Below, piece after piece: positions 18,558-27,730 of a stretch of DNA of 64,000 bases; positions within the stretch are counted from its first letter, which is position 1, and the number at the start of each line of letters is the position of its first letter. The position numbers and the translations under genes were made by a program. The notes below the pieces were generated by a model. It was given only the letters and a program-made list of their open reading frames with translations. It did not search any database and had not been told where the DNA came from. Source of the stretch: an uncultured Verrucomicrobiae bacterium (GTDB lineage Bacteria; Verrucomicrobiota; Verrucomicrobiia; Limisphaerales; DASXHY01); NCBI GenBank assembly GCA_963699145.1, contig OY969416.1:5150456-5214455 (forward strand). The letters run 5' to 3'.

Positions 18558-19682
18558 TCACGTTTTTACCGGAAGGCGCTTTAAGACTTCCACACAAACC
18601 GTCTTCGCCGCATTCGGCCGTCCCAACGCCTTCGCCGCCGACGCCATTTGCCCCAGCTTTTTCGAGCCCAACAATTGCTCGATCCGATACGGCAAATCCT
18701 CCACGCGATTCACCTTTCCCGCCGCGCCGCGTTCCAGCAGGAAATCACTGTTCGCCGCCTCCTGCCCGGGAATGGGATTCAATATAAACAACGGCTTGCC
18801 CATCGCCAGCGCCTCCGACGACGTCAACCCGCCCGGCTTCGTGATCACCAAATCCGAAATCGCCATCAACTCATGCATGTTCGATGCGAACCCGAGCACG
18901 TGCGTGGGATGCTTGCGATCCTCCGCGGCGAGGTCGCGGCGCAATTCCTCGTTGCGTCCGGTCACCACGACCGTTTGGAATTCTTCCGACACCTTGTCCA
19001 GTTGCTCAAGAATTTCGGCGACCGGCCCCATGCCAAAACCGCCGCTCAGCACCAGCATGACCCGCATGTCATCTCGCAGCCCGTATTGCTTCCGCACCGC
19101 TTTGGGGTCGACCTTCGAAGTAAATTTCGCCGCGATCGGAATCCCCGTCGCCACGATGTTTTCCGCCGCCGCTCCCCGCGCGACGAGCCGCGCTTTGGTT
19201 TCCTCCGCGGCCACGCAATACAGGTCCACGCACGAATCCATCCACAACGCATGCGCCTCGAAATCGGTAATCACACTCACGGTCATCGGTGCCGGGCAAT
19301 CGTCTTTCTTGCGCCGATGTCCGAGCAATTCGAGCGGCAGATAATGCGTGCACAGCACCACATCCGGTTTGAAATGCTTCACATGCCGCTCAAACTTCTG
19401 GCGCGAACTGCTGGGGAAAAGACGCTTCAACTTATTCATGGTGCGCGCCACCTTCGGATTATCCGTCTTCGCAAAAACCATTCCCCACAATTCCGGCGCG
19501 CGCTCGACCAATTGCAGGTAACCGTCCGAATGAATCTTCCGATGCAGCGGCGAAAAGAACTTCAGCAGATCGATCCGTTCCACGACATCGTCCGGCCGCG
19601 CGGCACGCCACGCCTCCTCCAAAGCCGATGCCGCCGCCAGATGTCCACCTCCGGCCGTAATGGTCGCAATCAGGATTCTCAT
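18558..19682 (-). CDS. GT28-type glycosyltransferase (monogalactosyl/diglucosyl-diacylglycerol synthase-like)
   Basis: MRILIATITAGGGHLAAASALEEAW from the ATG at 19682, plus the C-terminal ITKPGGLTSSEALAMGKPL nucleotide-sugar binding pattern. Confidence 0.75.
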   Translation of the reverse strand: MRILIATITAGGGHLAAASALEEAWRAARPDDVVERIDLLKFFSPLHRKIHSDGYLQLVERAPELWGMVFAKTDNPKVARTMNKLKRLFPSSSRQKFERHVKHFKPDVVLCTHYLPLELLGHRRKKDDCPAPMTVSVITDFEAHALWMDSCVDLYCVAAEETKARLVARGAAAENIVATGIPIAAKFTSKVDPKAVRKQYGLRDDMRVMLVLSGGFGMGPVAEILEQLDKVSEEFQTVVVTGRNEELRRDLAAEDRKHPTHVLGFASNMHELMAISDLVITKPGGLTSSEALAMGKPLFILNPIPGQEAANSDFLLERGAAGKVNRVEDLPYRIEQLLGSKKLGQMASAAKALGRPNAAKTVCVEVLKRLPVKT

Positions 19683-19748
19683 CGGGCGCAGTCTGATCAC
19701 CTGCCCCCGATTGCAAAAGAATTGTTTGCGCCCGCGAACAATGTCCGA

Positions 19749-20018
19749 CTACCTGGTTTCCGCATCTCGCCACACAACCACCCCATCGCTGCGCAACCCG
19801 ATTTGCACCTGGCGCATGGGCGTGGGAAACGGCCCGCGTGCCATGTTATCGAAGGCATCACCCTTCCCCACCACAAGGCATCCGACCCAATTCGTCGTAA
19901 CCGATGGCGAACCCGTCCCACCCGCCGCCGGTTGCGCCTTCGTCCCCGCGATCCACACCAAACCCAAAATCCCCAGTGCGCTCAACAACCCCACTCCTTT
20001 CATCAAGTTGGTTTTCAT
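19749..20018 (-). CDS. small secreted protein, unknown function
   Basis: The ATG at 20018 gives signal peptide MKTNLMKGVGLLSALGILGLVWIAG. The longer track ORF (to 20252) overlaps cutA on the opposite strand. Confidence 0.45.
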   Translation of the reverse strand: MKTNLMKGVGLLSALGILGLVWIAGTKAQPAAGGTGSPSVTTNWVGCLVVGKGDAFDNMARGPFPTPMRQVQIGLRSDGVVVWRDAETR

Positions 20019-20111
20019 ACCGGTACGACACGCGCGTCGGCAGTTTCTTAGATTATTTTTGCATTTTGCGCGCAAACCCTTGAAGCCAGCCAAACCTTTT
20101 GCAAAGATGCC

Positions 20112-20468
20112 TTGGACACCATGACCTCCGCCGGATTTCGCATCGCGCTCGTCACCGCGCCCGACATTAAAGTCGCTCGCACGTTGGCCCGCGCGGCTTT
20201 GGAGGCCCGGCTCATCGCCTGCGCCAATCTCATTCCCCGCGTCGAATCGCATTACCGCTGGCAGGGAAAACTCGAACGCGGCTCGGAGGTGCTAATGATT
20301 TTGAAGACCACAGCAAAATGCGTGCGAAAGCTGGAAAGATTGATTACCGACAAACATCCGTATGATACGCCCGAATTTTTGATTTTGAATCTAAACGGCG
20401 GCAATCAACGATATCTGGACTGGCTGCACACGGGCTGTCTACCCAGTGAAACTGGGGTTAACGTCTGA
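20112..20468 (+). CDS. cutA: divalent-cation tolerance protein CutA
   Basis: LIACANLIPRVESHYRWQGKLERGSEVLMILKT...HPYDTPEFLIL is the CutA1 signature. Confidence 0.88.
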   Translation: MDTMTSAGFRIALVTAPDIKVARTLARAALEARLIACANLIPRVESHYRWQGKLERGSEVLMILKTTAKCVRKLERLITDKHPYDTPEFLILNLNGGNQRYLDWLHTGCLPSETGVNV

Positions 20469-20478
20469 TTGAACTAAT

Positions 20479-21252
20479 ATGGGCGAAGCGTACTCTGACA
20501 ACATGGCAAACGTTGGAACCTTGATTCCCGCTCTGCTCATCGTGCTGTTCCTGGGGGCGGTGGTCGGGGGCACACTCGTCGCTTTTCTGGTCGCCGGTTG
20601 GCGCCGGAAACAAATCGCGGCCGAAGAAGCGTTTTCTCACAGCTTCTCGGATCTCACCATGTCGCTGAAACCCTCCCACGTGCAACGCCCTACCACCTGG
20701 CTCGCCGTGCGCAGCCGGAACGTTCACGCCGTGCAAGTCGCGCTTGGGCTCAACAATGTCCAGCCCTGCACCTGGCTGGAAGGGCTTTCCGGCGATGAAA
20801 AACTCTTTATCGCCCCGCCGGTGAAAGGCTGGGTGCTGATCATCGGCACCGGCCTTCCCGATCCGGCGGATGACGTGGATGTCTGCTTCCGCTTCCTGAC
20901 CAGCCTCAGCCAAAAGCTCGGTCAGGTGCAATTTTTCAAAGCCAATCGCGTCCTCGGCCATCACGCCTGGGTGCGCGTGGAAAACGGCCTCGTGACGCGC
21001 GGTTATGCCTGGGCCGGCAAAACGCTGTGGAACCAAGGCGCTCCCACCCGCGCGGAATCGGAATTTGGGCTGAAATGTTTTCAATATTTCGAATCGCCGG
21101 ATCAAACCTTCGAAGAATCCGAAATCGCCGCCGCCAACGTCGAAAAAGTTTCTTCCCTCGCCGCGCGTTGGAGCCTCGATCCCGCCAGCGTGGATGAAGA
21201 ACTGTTCGAACACGCATACGGAATTGCGGGCGAACCGCCAAGATTGTTTTAA
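20479..21252 (+). CDS. membrane-anchored protein of unknown function
   Basis: 257 aa with a single N-terminal TM (LIPALLIVLFLGAVVGGTLVAFLVAGW). No family recognised. Confidence 0.5.
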   Translation: MGEAYSDNMANVGTLIPALLIVLFLGAVVGGTLVAFLVAGWRRKQIAAEEAFSHSFSDLTMSLKPSHVQRPTTWLAVRSRNVHAVQVALGLNNVQPCTWLEGLSGDEKLFIAPPVKGWVLIIGTGLPDPADDVDVCFRFLTSLSQKLGQVQFFKANRVLGHHAWVRVENGLVTRGYAWAGKTLWNQGAPTRAESEFGLKCFQYFESPDQTFEESEIAAANVEKVSSLAARWSLDPASVDEELFEHAYGIAGEPPRLF

Positions 21253-21379
21253 AAGCTCCAAATCCCAAGCGTCCACGCTTCAGAGAAATTTCAGACATCA
21301 AACTCCAACACCGCATGTTTAGATTGGAGCTTGGGATTTGGCGCTTCTCTGGAGCTTGGACGCTTGGATTTTGGAGCTT
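21253..21379. repeat. GCTTGGGATTTGG word-repeat inverted pair
   Basis: aagctccaaatcccaagcgtcca (21253-21275) pairs with tggacgcttggattttggagctt (21356-21378) with 2 mismatches. An extra tggagcttgggatttgg lies at 21325-21341. Confidence 0.6.
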
Positions 21380-21441
21380 CTGAGCGCAGTTGACATCCTG
21401 CGCGTCTGGTGCAAAGACTGGGATGAATCGAAAGCAATCCT

Positions 21442-22026
21442 ATGTCTCTCGAACTCGAACTCCAAAAATTCCCCAAGAAAATCGCCTTGAAGGATGGCCT
21501 TCAATGCACGCTCCGTCCCCTCAAGAAAGACGACGAGAAAAAATTCCACGAATTTTTCCTCGCTGTTCCGGAGGAGGAACGCATGTTCATCAAACACCGC
21601 GTCACGCAGCAGGAAGTGATTCGCGAATGGTGCCAGCATATTGATCTCGGCCGCAATCTGCCCCTGCTCGCCATCGCGGACGGGAAAATTGTCGGCGACG
21701 CCACCCTGCACCAGCAACTGGGCGGCTGGAAACGCCACATCGGCCGCGTGAGCGTGCTCGTGTTGCCGAAATATCGCGGCCGCGGACTCGCGCGCGCGAT
21801 GGTTACCGAAATCGTGCGGATCGCGCGCAGTCTCGGTTTGGAACGTGTCGAAGCCGAATTCATCGGCGAACAGGAAGCGGCGATCAAAATGTTCGCGCTG
21901 CTCGGCTTCAGCAACCTCGTTCGCCTCGAGGATTACGTGAAAGACATGCAGGCCATCTCGCACGATTACGTATTGATGGGTGTGGATTTGAAAGTGGATG
22001 AGGATTACGCGGGGGTTGGGGGCTGA
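21442..22026 (+). CDS. GNAT-family N-acetyltransferase
   Basis: 194 aa with VLPKYRGRGLARAMV (acetyl-CoA binding R-x-x-G-x-G/A motif). Confidence 0.85.
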   Translation: MSLELELQKFPKKIALKDGLQCTLRPLKKDDEKKFHEFFLAVPEEERMFIKHRVTQQEVIREWCQHIDLGRNLPLLAIADGKIVGDATLHQQLGGWKRHIGRVSVLVLPKYRGRGLARAMVTEIVRIARSLGLERVEAEFIGEQEAAIKMFALLGFSNLVRLEDYVKDMQAISHDYVLMGVDLKVDEDYAGVGG

Positions 22027-22037
22027 ATTTACGGCTG

Positions 22038-22102
22038 GCGATTTACGATATACGAACGCTTGAAAAAATCCAAACGGTCGTAAATCGTATATCGTAAATC
22101 GC
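22038..22102. repeat. TACGATTT-family hairpin with 18-bp perfect stem
   Basis: gcgatttacgatatacga (22038-22055) is the exact reverse complement of 22085-22102. It ends 2 nt before the ATG at 22105. Confidence 0.8.
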
Positions 22103-22104
22103 AA

Positions 22105-22377
22105 ATGACACCCGAGATTTGCCCAGTCTGCGGCGCGGAAGTCCCGCCGAACGCCAAAGCCTGCCCCGAATGCGGCGCGGACGAACACACCGGCTGGTCC
22201 GAAGAATCGGACGCGGACAAATTAGGTTTGCCGGAAGCAGATTCTGATTACGAAGAATTCGTCAAACGCGAATTCGGCGGCGGGAAAAATCCTGTGCCCC
22301 ACGGAATTCATTGGTTCTGGTGGCTGGTGGCCCTTCTAGTAGCGGTGGCTTTTGTGTGGGGATTGCTGCGGCTATAA
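22105..22377 (+). CDS. zinc-ribbon protein with C-terminal TM helix
   Basis: CPVCGAEVPPNAKACPECG followed by FWWLVALLVAVAFVWGLL. Confidence 0.6.
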   Translation: MTPEICPVCGAEVPPNAKACPECGADEHTGWSEESDADKLGLPEADSDYEEFVKREFGGGKNPVPHGIHWFWWLVALLVAVAFVWGLLRL

Positions 22378-22700
22378 AACGTTCGCAAAATATTTGGGAG
22401 CGTTTTCAAAAATGTTCCAGCGCGTTTGCATCATTCCGTTTTGAAAAAAAGTGGCCCGCTTTTCCCCCTTCACGCAGATTTCCCGAAAGAACAACCACCC
22501 GAAAAAATCAGCCCAACCCATCCTGAACCGTTGCCGGCGCTTCGGAAAGATGAGCTTTTCAAGCAAACTGAAGACCAGCTAAGCGGCGCCGGGAACCGAT
22601 TGGTTCCCAAAAACCAGCTTTTTCGCCTTCCGCAATTGACCGCCAAAAAATCGCAAAGGAACGGCAGCGCCGCGCCGCATCTCCCGTTAAGTACTAGCTC

Positions 22701-23519
22701 ATGAAACGATATCGGAATTCCGGTTTTACCTTGATTGAGTTGCTCGTAGTGATCGCGATCATCACCATCCTGGCCGCGATGCTTTTGCCCGCGCTGGCCA
22801 AGGCCAAGCAAAAAGCGCAGGTCGCCGCCTGCACCAATAATCTGCGACAATGGGGTCTTGCACAAAACATGTATCTGGAAGACAACCACGATGTTTTTCC
22901 GTTGCCCAAAATCCCCACCGCCACTCCCGGCTCGCCCGGCTATAATGAAAACACGCCCGGCTGGAGCAACTTTGCTGATTTCCACGACGCCGGCCAGGGT
23001 GACAATGCCTGGTTCAACGGCCTTCCGGCCTACGTCGGCGCCAAGCCGCTCTGGGAAATTGCCCTGAACGGCTCCGGAACGGGCTTTACGGACAGCAAAA
23101 AGATTTTTGATTGCCCCGGCGTGACGCAGCCGCCGGAAACGACCGATCCGAACCGCGTGGTTTTTAATTATGGGATGAATCCCAAAGGCAACACGGGATT
23201 GGATGTCAGCATCGCCTACGGAATCAACTTCAAATCAACCATGGTGGCGAATCCTTCGGCGTTCGTATTTATGGGAGATGGCCGCGCTCGTTCAACGGAT
23301 CTTCCTTATTTCGGCACACCGACCAAAGAAGTTGGTGTCCAGCATTGCTGGGTGCAGCAATTTTCCGCCCGCCATAACATTGGTGGAAACCTGACTTTTG
23401 CCGACGGCCATGTCGCTCACTTTAAATACACCTACGTGGCGGCCGATGGCGGCACGAAGCCCGTGGATACAGGCGTTTCCGATATCAATTGGGCGTACAA
23501 TGGCGTGAAAATTCAATAG
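22701..23519 (+). CDS. prepilin-type N-terminal cleavage/methylation domain protein with H-X9-DG motif (DUF1559-like)
   Basis: [25 protein letters not shown] at the N-terminus, and [12 protein letters not shown] near the C-terminus, which is exactly H-X9-DG. Confidence 0.88.
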   Translation: MKRYRNSGFTLIELLVVIAIITILAAMLLPALAKAKQKAQVAACTNNLRQWGLAQNMYLEDNHDVFPLPKIPTATPGSPGYNENTPGWSNFADFHDAGQGDNAWFNGLPAYVGAKPLWEIALNGSGTGFTDSKKIFDCPGVTQPPETTDPNRVVFNYGMNPKGNTGLDVSIAYGINFKSTMVANPSAFVFMGDGRARSTDLPYFGTPTKEVGVQHCWVQQFSARHNIGGNLTFADGHVAHFKYTYVAADGGTKPVDTGVSDINWAYNGVKIQ

Positions 23520-23557
23520 CACTTAAATAATCATTACCGGTAAATCATGACAAAGTG

Positions 23558-24133
23558 CTATCGTGATTTCTTGTGCCGAAAACAATCGACGGCGTGATCA
23601 TTCACCATCCCCACCGCTTGCATAAACGCGTAGCAAATGGTCGAACCAACAAATTTAAATCCGCGCTTCAGCAAATCCTTGCTCATGGCATCCGATTCTT
23701 TCGTCTTCGCCGGTGTTTGCCCCTTCTTCCACGAATTCTGAATCGTTTTGCCGTTCACGAATTGCCAGATGTATTTGTCGAAGCTTCCGAATTCCTTTTG
23801 TACCTCGAGAAAGGCTTTCGCGTTTTGAATCGCGGCATTCACCTTCAGTTTGTTCCGCACAATTCCCGGATCCGTCAGCAGCTTCTGAACTTTGCGCGCA
23901 TCATAACGCGCAATTTTTTGGGCATCAAAATTATCAAATGCGCGGCGGTAGTTTTCGCGCTTCTTTAGAATTGTGATCCAACTCAGGCCGGCTTGCGCGC
24001 CCTCAAGAATGATCATCTCGAACAAATGCCGGTCGTCGTGCACCGGCACGCCCCACTCTTTGTCGTGATATTCAATGTAAAGATCGCCGTTGGCCCAGGA
24101 ACAGCGCGTTTTGGAACCTTTCGTAGCAGTCAT
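23558..24133 (-). CDS. tag: DNA-3-methyladenine glycosylase I
   Basis: YHDKEWGVPVHDDRHLFEMIILEGAQAGLSWITILKKRENYRRAF. Confidence 0.9.
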   Translation of the reverse strand: MTATKGSKTRCSWANGDLYIEYHDKEWGVPVHDDRHLFEMIILEGAQAGLSWITILKKRENYRRAFDNFDAQKIARYDARKVQKLLTDPGIVRNKLKVNAAIQNAKAFLEVQKEFGSFDKYIWQFVNGKTIQNSWKKGQTPAKTKESDAMSKDLLKRGFKFVGSTICYAFMQAVGMVNDHAVDCFRHKKSR

Positions 24134-24140
24134 TTTCTGT

Positions 24141-24512
24141 TTACTCGGCAGTATTTGGAGCGACTAATTCAACAGCGTGACCATCAAAATCTTTCACCAC
24201 CGCGCGGCGTCCCCATTCCGATTCAGTCGGAGGCGTCACTACGGTAGCGCCGATTTTGGATAGTTTCGCGACAGCTTCATCAAGGGACGCAACCTCAAAA
24301 CCAATTCTCGTCCCGCTTGTCGGCAAGGACTTAGCCGAAGTGGGATAAATTTCAAACACCATGCCATTCACTTCCGAGGCGAAGTGCTCCGGTCCCGAAC
24401 CATGCGTGTGACGAGTAAAAATGAACCCTATCTCACGATAAAACTTTGCAGCCTCCTCCAAATTCGAGGAACGCAATACAACCAAGTTCAACTGAGGAAA
24501 CGGCACTTGCAT
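24141..24512 (-). CDS. VOC/glyoxalase-family protein
   Basis: Pattern LNLVVLRSSNLEEAAKFYREIGF...GHAVELV. The ATG at 24512 is preferred over the 24581 extension. The stop lies 8 nt upstream of tag. Confidence 0.7.
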   Translation of the reverse strand: MQVPFPQLNLVVLRSSNLEEAAKFYREIGFIFTRHTHGSGPEHFASEVNGMVFEIYPTSAKSLPTSGTRIGFEVASLDEAVAKLSKIGATVVTPPTESEWGRRAVVKDFDGHAVELVAPNTAE

Positions 24513-24585
24513 AGGGCCGTGAAAGAGTAACTCGGAACCACAAAAGCAACAATCCTGTTCGACGGCGGATTCACCAACCAACGCG

Positions 24586-24667
24586 GAGGTGCAGAGAACG
24601 CAGAGTTTCGCAGAGAATGATGAAAGGATGTTTCTCGGCGATCCTCTGCATTCTCTGCGCCTCTGCG
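24586..24667. repeat. GCAGAGA word-repeat inverted pair
   Basis: gaggtgcagagaacgcagagtttcgcagagaatg pairs with cctctgcattctctgcgcctctgcg. Confidence 0.55.
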
Positions 24668-24751
24668 TTAATTCGAGAGGTAAGACTCCGTCAGATCGGT
24701 TCTCAAAATAGATTTCCGAATATAGAGAGACTCGTCAGCTCGTCTCCCATG

Positions 24752-24783
24752 AAAAAGAAAAAGCCCGTTCTTGCGAACGGGCT
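24752..24783 (-). terminator. rho-independent terminator after rplQ
   Basis: Minus strand: agcccgttc/gcaa/gaacgggct followed by tttttctttttc. Confidence 0.75.
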
Positions 24784-24804
24784 TTGCAATTTTATTCAGG
24801 CTGC

Positions 24805-25290
24805 TTAAGCCTTGGCTTCTTCGCCTTCGGCCTTTTTCTTGCGGCCTTTGGTCTTCTTTTCGGCGTTGCCTTCCTTCGGCTCCTCCGCCTTGGTTTCGCC
24901 AGCGGGGGTTTCCGCAGGCGCCGGAGTCACGGAGGTAATGTCCACCCATTCCAGGATCGCGAGCTGCGAAGCGTCGCCCTGGCGTTGGTGCATTTTCACG
25001 ATGCGTGTATAACCGCCGTTGCGCTCCTTCTGCGCGGGTGCGATTTCGGCGAACAGGATTTTCGTCGCGTCTTCCTGGTGCAGGCGGGCTGCCACGAGGC
25101 GGCGGGCGTGAACCGTGTCCTTCTTGCCGAGCGTGACGAGTTTTTCCGCCACCGAACGCGCGGCTTTCGCCTTCGCGAGCGTGGTGGTCACGCGTTTATG
25201 TTTGATGAGGCTGCAAACCAGGTTGGCCAGCATCGCATTCCGGTGTTCGCCGGTGCGGCCCAACTTGGCGGTGCGTTTTAAATGTCGCAT
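24805..25290 (-). CDS. rplQ: 50S ribosomal protein L17 with Lys/Glu-rich C-terminal extension
   Basis: MRHLKRTAKLGRTGEHRNAMLANLVCSLIKHKRVTTT. Confidence 0.92.
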   Translation of the reverse strand: MRHLKRTAKLGRTGEHRNAMLANLVCSLIKHKRVTTTLAKAKAARSVAEKLVTLGKKDTVHARRLVAARLHQEDATKILFAEIAPAQKERNGGYTRIVKMHQRQGDASQLAILEWVDITSVTPAPAETPAGETKAEEPKEGNAEKKTKGRKKKAEGEEAKA

Positions 25291-25299
25291 AAAACTTCC

Positions 25300-26322
25300 T
25301 TACCGATTGACCAGGGTCGTGTTGTCTTCCTTCGGCGCGTCGAGCAAATCCGGCTCGAAGCTCATGCCGAGGGACAGGCCCAGCGCCTGGAGCTTGTCCT
25401 TGATTTCGTTCAACGACTTCTTGCCGAAGTTGCGATACTTGAGCATTTCGCTCTCGGTCTTCATCGCCAACTGGCCGACGGTCGTGATATTCGCGTTGTT
25501 CAGGCAATTCGCCGCGCGGACGCTCAGCTCGATTTCGTTCACGCTCATGTTGAGCAGCTTCTTGAGCTTGGACTTCTCTTCGTCCTGCTTGTCCACAACT
25601 TCCTCGAATTCCACCGCGCTCTTGTCGTAGCCGACAAACACATCGAGGTGATGCGCGAGAATCGCCGAAGCCTGGGTGAGCGCGTCATCGGGCGAGATGC
25701 GGCCGTCGGTCCAAACTTCCAGGACCAATCGATCGTAATCGGTGCGCTGGCCGACGCGGGCGCTTTCCACCATGTAACGCACGCGCGTCACCGGCGAGAA
25801 CAACGAATCAATCGCCACCACGCCAATGGCCTGGTTGGGCTTCTTGTTTTCGTCGCCCGGCAAAAATCCGCGGCCAACCTTCACTTCGAGTTCCATCTCG
25901 AACTTCTTTTTCTTGTCAAGCGTGCAGATGTGCTGGGTCGGGTTCACCAATTCAACGTTTTGGTTGAGCTGGATGTCCGCCGCAGTCACTTCGCCTTCCT
26001 TGTTCGCGGAAAGCAGGAGCGTCTGCGGGTCGCGCGTGTGCGCCTTGAACAAAACTTTCTTAAGATTCAAAACGATATCGGTCACGTCTTCCACCACGCC
26101 TTCGACGGTGGCGAATTCGTGCATCGCGCCGTCGATCTTGATGGAAGTGATGGCCGCGCCTTCGAGCGAGCTCAGGAGCACGCGGCGAATCGAGTTGCCG
26201 ATGGTGTGGCCGTAGCCGGTTTCAAAAGGTTCCGCGATGAATTTCGCGTAGGTCTCTGTGGCGGTCGACTCATCCTTGGTCAACCGTTTGGGCATTTCAA
26301 AACGTCCTAGACGTACTGGCAT
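25300..26322 (-). CDS. rpoA: DNA-directed RNA polymerase alpha subunit
   Basis: 340 aa with FIAEPFETGYGHTIGNSIRRVLLSSL and the C-terminal domain LSVRAANCLNNANITTVGQL. Confidence 0.95.
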   Translation of the reverse strand: MPVRLGRFEMPKRLTKDESTATETYAKFIAEPFETGYGHTIGNSIRRVLLSSLEGAAITSIKIDGAMHEFATVEGVVEDVTDIVLNLKKVLFKAHTRDPQTLLLSANKEGEVTAADIQLNQNVELVNPTQHICTLDKKKKFEMELEVKVGRGFLPGDENKKPNQAIGVVAIDSLFSPVTRVRYMVESARVGQRTDYDRLVLEVWTDGRISPDDALTQASAILAHHLDVFVGYDKSAVEFEEVVDKQDEEKSKLKKLLNMSVNEIELSVRAANCLNNANITTVGQLAMKTESEMLKYRNFGKKSLNEIKDKLQALGLSLGMSFEPDLLDAPKEDNTTLVNR

Positions 26323-26408
26323 GGTTTCCTTTCAACAATTTTAATCTGGCCGCTTCAGCTTATTTATTCCCGCGGCTGCAGCAGCCCGTATAATTGTTTT
26401 GTGAGTTC

Positions 26409-26464
26409 CAAGTTTTCAGTTTCAAGTTTTCAGAACTGAAAACTGAACCCTTGAAACTTGAAAC
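26409..26464. repeat. GTTTTCAG word-repeat hairpin in the rpsD-rpoA spacer
   Basis: caagttttcagtttcaagttttcag-aa-ctgaaaactgaacccttgaaacttg. The central 9-bp stem is perfect. Confidence 0.65.
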
Positions 26465-26480
26465 CCACGTTTGGTTTTAC

Positions 26481-27089
26481 TTAGCGGGAATAAAATTCGA
26501 CGACCGCTTGTTCGTTGGCGATCGGGTTGATCTCGTCGCGAGTCGGAATGCGCATCACGACGCCTTTAAATTCTTCCTTGTTCAACGACATCCAATCCGG
26601 CACCGCGCGACTGGTCGAGATTTCAAGGTTCTTGGTCGCCAACTGGCGCGACACGTTATTGTTCTTCACGGTGATGACCTCATTCACCTTCAGCGCGTAC
26701 GAAGGCACATTCACCTTGCGGCCATTCACCTGGATGTGACCATGGCAAACCATCTGGCGCGCCGCGGCGCGCGTGTTCGCGAGGCCGAGGTGATACACCA
26801 CGTTGTCGAGACGGGTCTCGAGAATCTGCAGCATCTGCTCGCCCGTGACGCCACGGCGGCGCAGCGCCTTCTCATAAACACCGCGGAACTGCCGCTCCAG
26901 CAGGCCGTAGTAATAACGGAGCTTCTGCTTCTCGATCAGGCCGAGGCCGTAATCGGTGTGCTTGCGGCGGGACTTCGGGCCATGAACGCCCGGACCGTAA
27001 TTGCGGCGTTCCAAATATTTTGTCGGGCCGAAAATCGGAATTCCGAATCGGCGGCTGATACGAACGCGGGGACCTGTATAACGAGCCAT
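26481..27089 (-). CDS. rpsD: 30S ribosomal protein S4
   Basis: MARYTGPRVRISRRFGIPIFG... Confidence 0.95.
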   Translation of the reverse strand: MARYTGPRVRISRRFGIPIFGPTKYLERRNYGPGVHGPKSRRKHTDYGLGLIEKQKLRYYYGLLERQFRGVYEKALRRRGVTGEQMLQILETRLDNVVYHLGLANTRAAARQMVCHGHIQVNGRKVNVPSYALKVNEVITVKNNNVSRQLATKNLEISTSRAVPDWMSLNKEEFKGVVMRIPTRDEINPIANEQAVVEFYSR

Positions 27090-27118
27090 AAATTATTAAA
27101 CGTTTTACGTGTTGCTGA

Positions 27119-27730
27119 TTAGACGCGGCGTTTCTTGCGCGGACGGCAACCATTATGCGGCACCGGTGTCACGTCTTTGATCGTCGTGATTTCCAAGCCG
27201 ATCGCCTGCAACGCGCGGATGGCGGATTCACGGCCCGAGCCGGGACCCTTCACGCGGATTTCCACTTCCTTCATGCCGTGCGACATCGCCTGGCGCGCGG
27301 CATCCTGGGCGACCTGTTGCGCCGCGTAAGCCGTGCTTTTGCGGGAGCCCTTGAAACCCACACGGCCCGCGCTCGACCAGCCGAGCAGGTTGCCCTGCAT
27401 GTCGGTGATGGTGACCTGGGTATTGTTGAACGTCGCCAAAATGTTGGCGATGCCCACTGAAATGTTCTTCGCGCCCTTGGCCTTGACGATCTTTTTGCCG
27501 GCCATATCGTCGGCCAGCAATTCGGCGGCAGTGGGAGCGGAACCAGCGACCGGACCCGCGCCTTCCGCGGGCTTCGGAGCTTCGGCCACGGCAGCAGGAG
27601 CAGCGCCCGCAGCGGCCGGAGCTTTTTTGGCTTTGGTTTCGTCAGCAGCCTTGGCTGGCTTTTCAGCGGCAGCAGCGCCTTCGGGCTTTCCCTCTTTTTT
27701 CGGCGCTGGTTTCTTCTTTTCTTCGGCCAT
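27119..27730 (-). CDS. rpsK: 30S ribosomal protein S11 with ~75-aa Lys/Ala/Pro-rich N-terminal extension
   Basis: The core is [46 protein letters not shown]. The N-terminal extension begins [18 protein letters not shown]... Confidence 0.9.
   Translation of the reverse strand: MAEEKKKPAPKKEGKPEGAAAAEKPAKAADETKAKKAPAAAGAAPAAVAEAPKPAEGAGPVAGSAPTAAELLADDMAGKKIVKAKGAKNISVGIANILATFNNTQVTITDMQGNLLGWSSAGRVGFKGSRKSTAYAAQQVAQDAARQAMSHGMKEVEIRVKGPGSGRESAIRALQAIGLEITTIKDVTPVPHNGCRPRKKRRV

Noticed and set aside
19749-20252. Full 167-aa minus-strand ORF as listed in the track.
   Set aside because: Its 5' part overlaps the well-supported cutA gene on the plus strand. Only the portion from the ATG at 20018, which gives a signal peptide, was kept, and at low confidence.
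21319-22188. 289-aa minus-strand ORF spanning the GNAT gene region.
   Set aside because: It overlaps the well-supported GNAT gene on the plus strand and runs through two intergenic repeat regions. It has no recognisable motifs.
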